Assembly (NCBI GenBank): GCA_964395935.1
Contig: CAYNBR010000004.1
Coordinates: 1 to 35,346, forward strand
From: Candidatus Woesearchaeota archaeon
Lineage (GTDB): Archaea > Nanobdellota > Nanobdellia > SCGC-AAA011-G17 > GW2011-AR18
Direction: 5' to 3'
Length of the DNA: 35,346 nucleotides
Below the pieces are notes generated by a model. It made no database searches. It saw nothing but the letters and a program-made list of their open reading frames with translations, and was not told where the DNA came from. Positions within the stretch are counted from its first letter, which is position 1. The number at the start of each line of letters is the position of its first letter. Below are positions 32,889 through 35,346 of this stretch, piece by piece. The position numbers were made by a program, and so were the translations under genes.

Positions 32889-35252
32889 ATGGATAATTAT
32901 GATTTCAAAGTTGTTGAAAAGAAATGGCTTAAATTTTGGGAGGAAAAAGGAGTTTATAAGTTTGATACTAAATCTAAGGAAAAAATTTATTCTATAGATA
33001 CGCCACCACCAACAGTTTCTGGGAAAATGCATATTGGGCATGCTTTTAGTTATTCACAAGCAGATTTTGTTGCAAGATATCACAGAATGAAAGGCGAGAA
33101 TGTATTTTATCCTTTTGGAACAGATGATAATGGATTGCCTACAGAAAGATTAGTTGAGAAATTAAAAAATGTAAAAGGTTCTAGAATGGATAGAAGTGAA
33201 TTTATTAAATTATGTTTAAAAACTTTAGGAGAAATTAAACCTGGGTTTGTACAAGACTGGAAAAATATAGGAATAAGTGCAGATTTTAATATTTTTTACT
33301 CTACAATAGATGATCATTGTAGAAAGATTTCACAAAAAAGTTTTATTGATTTGCATAAGGCAGGAAGAGAATATCAAAAAGAAGCACCAACAATATGGTG
33401 TCCGCAATGTGAAACTGCAATAGCACAAGTAGAATTGGAGGATAAAGAAGTTGAAAGCAGCTTTAATGATATAATATTTAAATTAGAAAATGGAAAAGAT
33501 TTAGTTATCGGAACAACAAGACCTGAATTACTTGGAAGTTGTGTTGCGATATTTGTACATCCTGATGATAAGAGATATAAAAATTTAGTTGGAAAAAAAG
33601 CTAAAATTCCATTATTCAACAAAGAAGTTCAAATACTTACAGATGAAAGAGCAGACCCTGAGAAAGGGACTGGTGCTGTAATGTGCTGCACATTTGGTGA
33701 TAAGACTGATGCTGAATGGTACAAGATTCATAAATTGCCTTTAGTGATTAGTATTTCTAAGAACGGTAAGATGACTGAAAATGCTGGAAAATATTTTGGT
33801 TTAAATATTAAAGAAGCTAGACTAAAAATAATTGAAGATTTAAAAGAAAATAAATTATTAGTTAATCAAAAAAAAATAACGCATCCTGTTAATGTCCATG
33901 AAAGATGCGGAACAGAAATTGAAATTCTTAATAGTAAACAGTGGTATGTAAAATATTTAGATTTAAGAGATAAATTTATAGAAGCTGGAAAGAAATTACA
34001 TTGGTATCCAGAACATATGTTTAATAGATATGAGAATTGGGTTAAAGGATTGCAATGGGATTGGTGCATTTCTAGACAAAGATTTTTTGGAGTTGCTTTC
34101 CCAGTTTGGTATTGTAAGAAATGTAATGAGATAATATTAGCTGAAGAAAAACAATTACCTGTTGATCCATTAAAAGATAAACCATTAAAAAAATGTAAAT
34201 GTGGAAGTTCTGAATTTGAAGCTGATAAAGATGTTTTAGATACTTGGGCTACGAGCAGCTTAACGCCACAAATAGCAGCCAGCTTATTTCCTAAGATGTA
34301 TGATAAATTGTATCCTATGGATTTAAGGCCGCAAGCACATGATATAATCTCTTTTTGGTTGTTTAATACTTTAGTAAAAAGTCAATTGCATAATGGAATT
34401 AACCCTTGGGAAAATGTTGTTATTTCAGGTTGGGCTTTAGATCCTCATGGAAAGAAAATGAGTAAGAGTAAAGGAAATGTTGTTGAACCACAATTAGTTT
34501 TAGAGAAATATGGAGCAGATGCTCTAAGATTTTGGGCTGCCAGCTCTAAACTTGGAGAAGATTTACCTTATCAAGAAAAGGAATTAGTTTCTGGAGGAAG
34601 AACTGTAAATAAATTATGGAATGCAGCTAAATTTTCATTTATACATTTAGAAGACTACAAAGGGGATGTACCTAAAAAATTACATGCAACAGATAAATGG
34701 CTGTTAAGTAAATTAAATAATTTAATAATAAATTGTACAGATAGTTTTGAAATTTATGAATATTCTAGAGTAAAAGCAAATACAGAATTATTCTTTTGGC
34801 ATACTTTCTGCGATAATTATTTAGAGATTGTTAAGGATAGATTATATAATCCTAATAAAAGAGGAAAAGAAAATAGATTGAGTGCACAATATACTTTGAA
34901 TTATGCTTTAACAACAATATTAAAATTATTTTCCCCTATAATGCCTTTCATAACTGAAGAAATTTATCAACAATATTATAAGAAAAGTTTGAAAGAAATA
35001 AGTGTGCATTTATTAAAATGGCCAGATGTTGAAAAGAAGATGATTGATAATGTTTTAGAAGAATTAGGAGATAAAGTTGCTGAAGTTGTAGGTTTTGTAA
35101 GAAAAGAAAAAGCAGGCGAGGGTAAATCATTAAAAGAACCAGTTAAATTATTAACAATTCCTAAAGAATTAAAAGAATTTGAAGATGATATTAAAGCAGT
35201 TACACAAGCTAATAAAATAGAGTATAATAATGGGATTAAAGTAAGCTTGTAG
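32889..35252 (+). CDS. valS: valine--tRNA ligase
   Basis: Class I motifs PPPTVSGKMHIGHAF (HIGH) and KMSKSKGN (KMSKS). The editing-domain segment TTRPELLGSCVAIFVHPDDKRY...GTGAVMCCTFGDKTD is typical of archaeal ValRS. Confidence 0.9.
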   Translation: MDNYDFKVVEKKWLKFWEEKGVYKFDTKSKEKIYSIDTPPPTVSGKMHIGHAFSYSQADFVARYHRMKGENVFYPFGTDDNGLPTERLVEKLKNVKGSRMDRSEFIKLCLKTLGEIKPGFVQDWKNIGISADFNIFYSTIDDHCRKISQKSFIDLHKAGREYQKEAPTIWCPQCETAIAQVELEDKEVESSFNDIIFKLENGKDLVIGTTRPELLGSCVAIFVHPDDKRYKNLVGKKAKIPLFNKEVQILTDERADPEKGTGAVMCCTFGDKTDAEWYKIHKLPLVISISKNGKMTENAGKYFGLNIKEARLKIIEDLKENKLLVNQKKITHPVNVHERCGTEIEILNSKQWYVKYLDLRDKFIEAGKKLHWYPEHMFNRYENWVKGLQWDWCISRQRFFGVAFPVWYCKKCNEIILAEEKQLPVDPLKDKPLKKCKCGSSEFEADKDVLDTWATSSLTPQIAASLFPKMYDKLYPMDLRPQAHDIISFWLFNTLVKSQLHNGINPWENVVISGWALDPHGKKMSKSKGNVVEPQLVLEKYGADALRFWAASSKLGEDLPYQEKELVSGGRTVNKLWNAAKFSFIHLEDYKGDVPKKLHATDKWLLSKLNNLIINCTDSFEIYEYSRVKANTELFFWHTFCDNYLEIVKDRLYNPNKRGKENRLSAQYTLNYALTTILKLFSPIMPFITEEIYQQYYKKSLKEISVHLLKWPDVEKKMIDNVLEELGDKVAEVVGFVRKEKAGEGKSLKEPVKLLTIPKELKEFEDDIKAVTQANKIEYNNGIKVSL

Positions 35253-35288
35253 CATATGCTTTTTAAAGGAGTTTAAAATAATATTATT

Positions 35289-35346
35289 ATGTTAGATACA
35301 AAACAAACATATAAATTAAGGAAATTCTTGAATGAATTGAGACAGT
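35289..35346 (+). CDS. 5' end of a CDS truncated by the window edge, possibly aRF1
   Basis: MLDTKQTYKLRKFLNELRQ resembles the xYEFKKxLEEL start of archaeal release factor 1. Only 19 codons are visible. Confidence 0.25.
   Translation, partial: MLDTKQTYKLRKFLNELRQ

Noticed and set aside
1-35346. I searched for CRISPR arrays, rRNA genes, IS elements, transposases, integrases, DGR components (reverse transcriptase with TR/VR pairs) and C/D-box sRNAs.
   Set aside because: I saw no regularly spaced direct repeats, no long G+C-rich structured-RNA islands other than tRNA-Phe, and no ORF with transposase, integrase or RT motifs. RUGAUGA-like strings occur only inside coding regions. Small RNAs cannot be excluded by eye.

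Overview
This is an AT-rich, very gene-dense archaeal chromosome segment. My spot counts of 60-nt stretches give about 27% G+C in ordinary genes. Many neighbouring genes overlap or are 1-4 nt apart. The gene content fits a small-genome, DPANN-like archaeon, which is an inference.

Housekeeping genes:
- a compact primase in which PriS is fused to a PriL-type Fe-S C-terminal domain
- Hjc resolvase
- class II LysRS and ValRS
- Cbf5
- the conserved eS19 / PDCD5-like / eL39 / eL31 operon; eL39 is below the ORF-track cutoff and eL31 carries a long K/E-rich tail
- tRNA-Phe(GAA)
- a THUMP methyltransferase with degenerate catalytic motifs
- acylphosphatase, a radical SAM enzyme and a sugar nucleotidyltransferase

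Accessory content:
- many signal-peptide or TM-anchored, sequon-rich surface proteins
- an ABC-2 exporter with a very large coiled-coil ectodomain
- a membrane-tethered wHTH regulator
- a pilin-like protein
- two type II toxin-antitoxin modules

The two loci I consider most worth follow-up:
1. A G+C-rich hicBA cassette bounded by an 11-bp inverted repeat and wedged between two gene fragments, a kinase-fold C-terminus and a purine nucleoside phosphorylase N-terminus.
2. An orphan HerA/FtsK-type ATPase with a roughly 225-aa C-terminal extension. It has no NurA/Mre11/Rad50 partner and sits next to vapBC and a small convergent ORF.

I saw no CRISPR array, rRNA, transposase, integrase or reverse transcriptase. 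All family calls come from by-eye motif recognition and need profile or structure searches to confirm.
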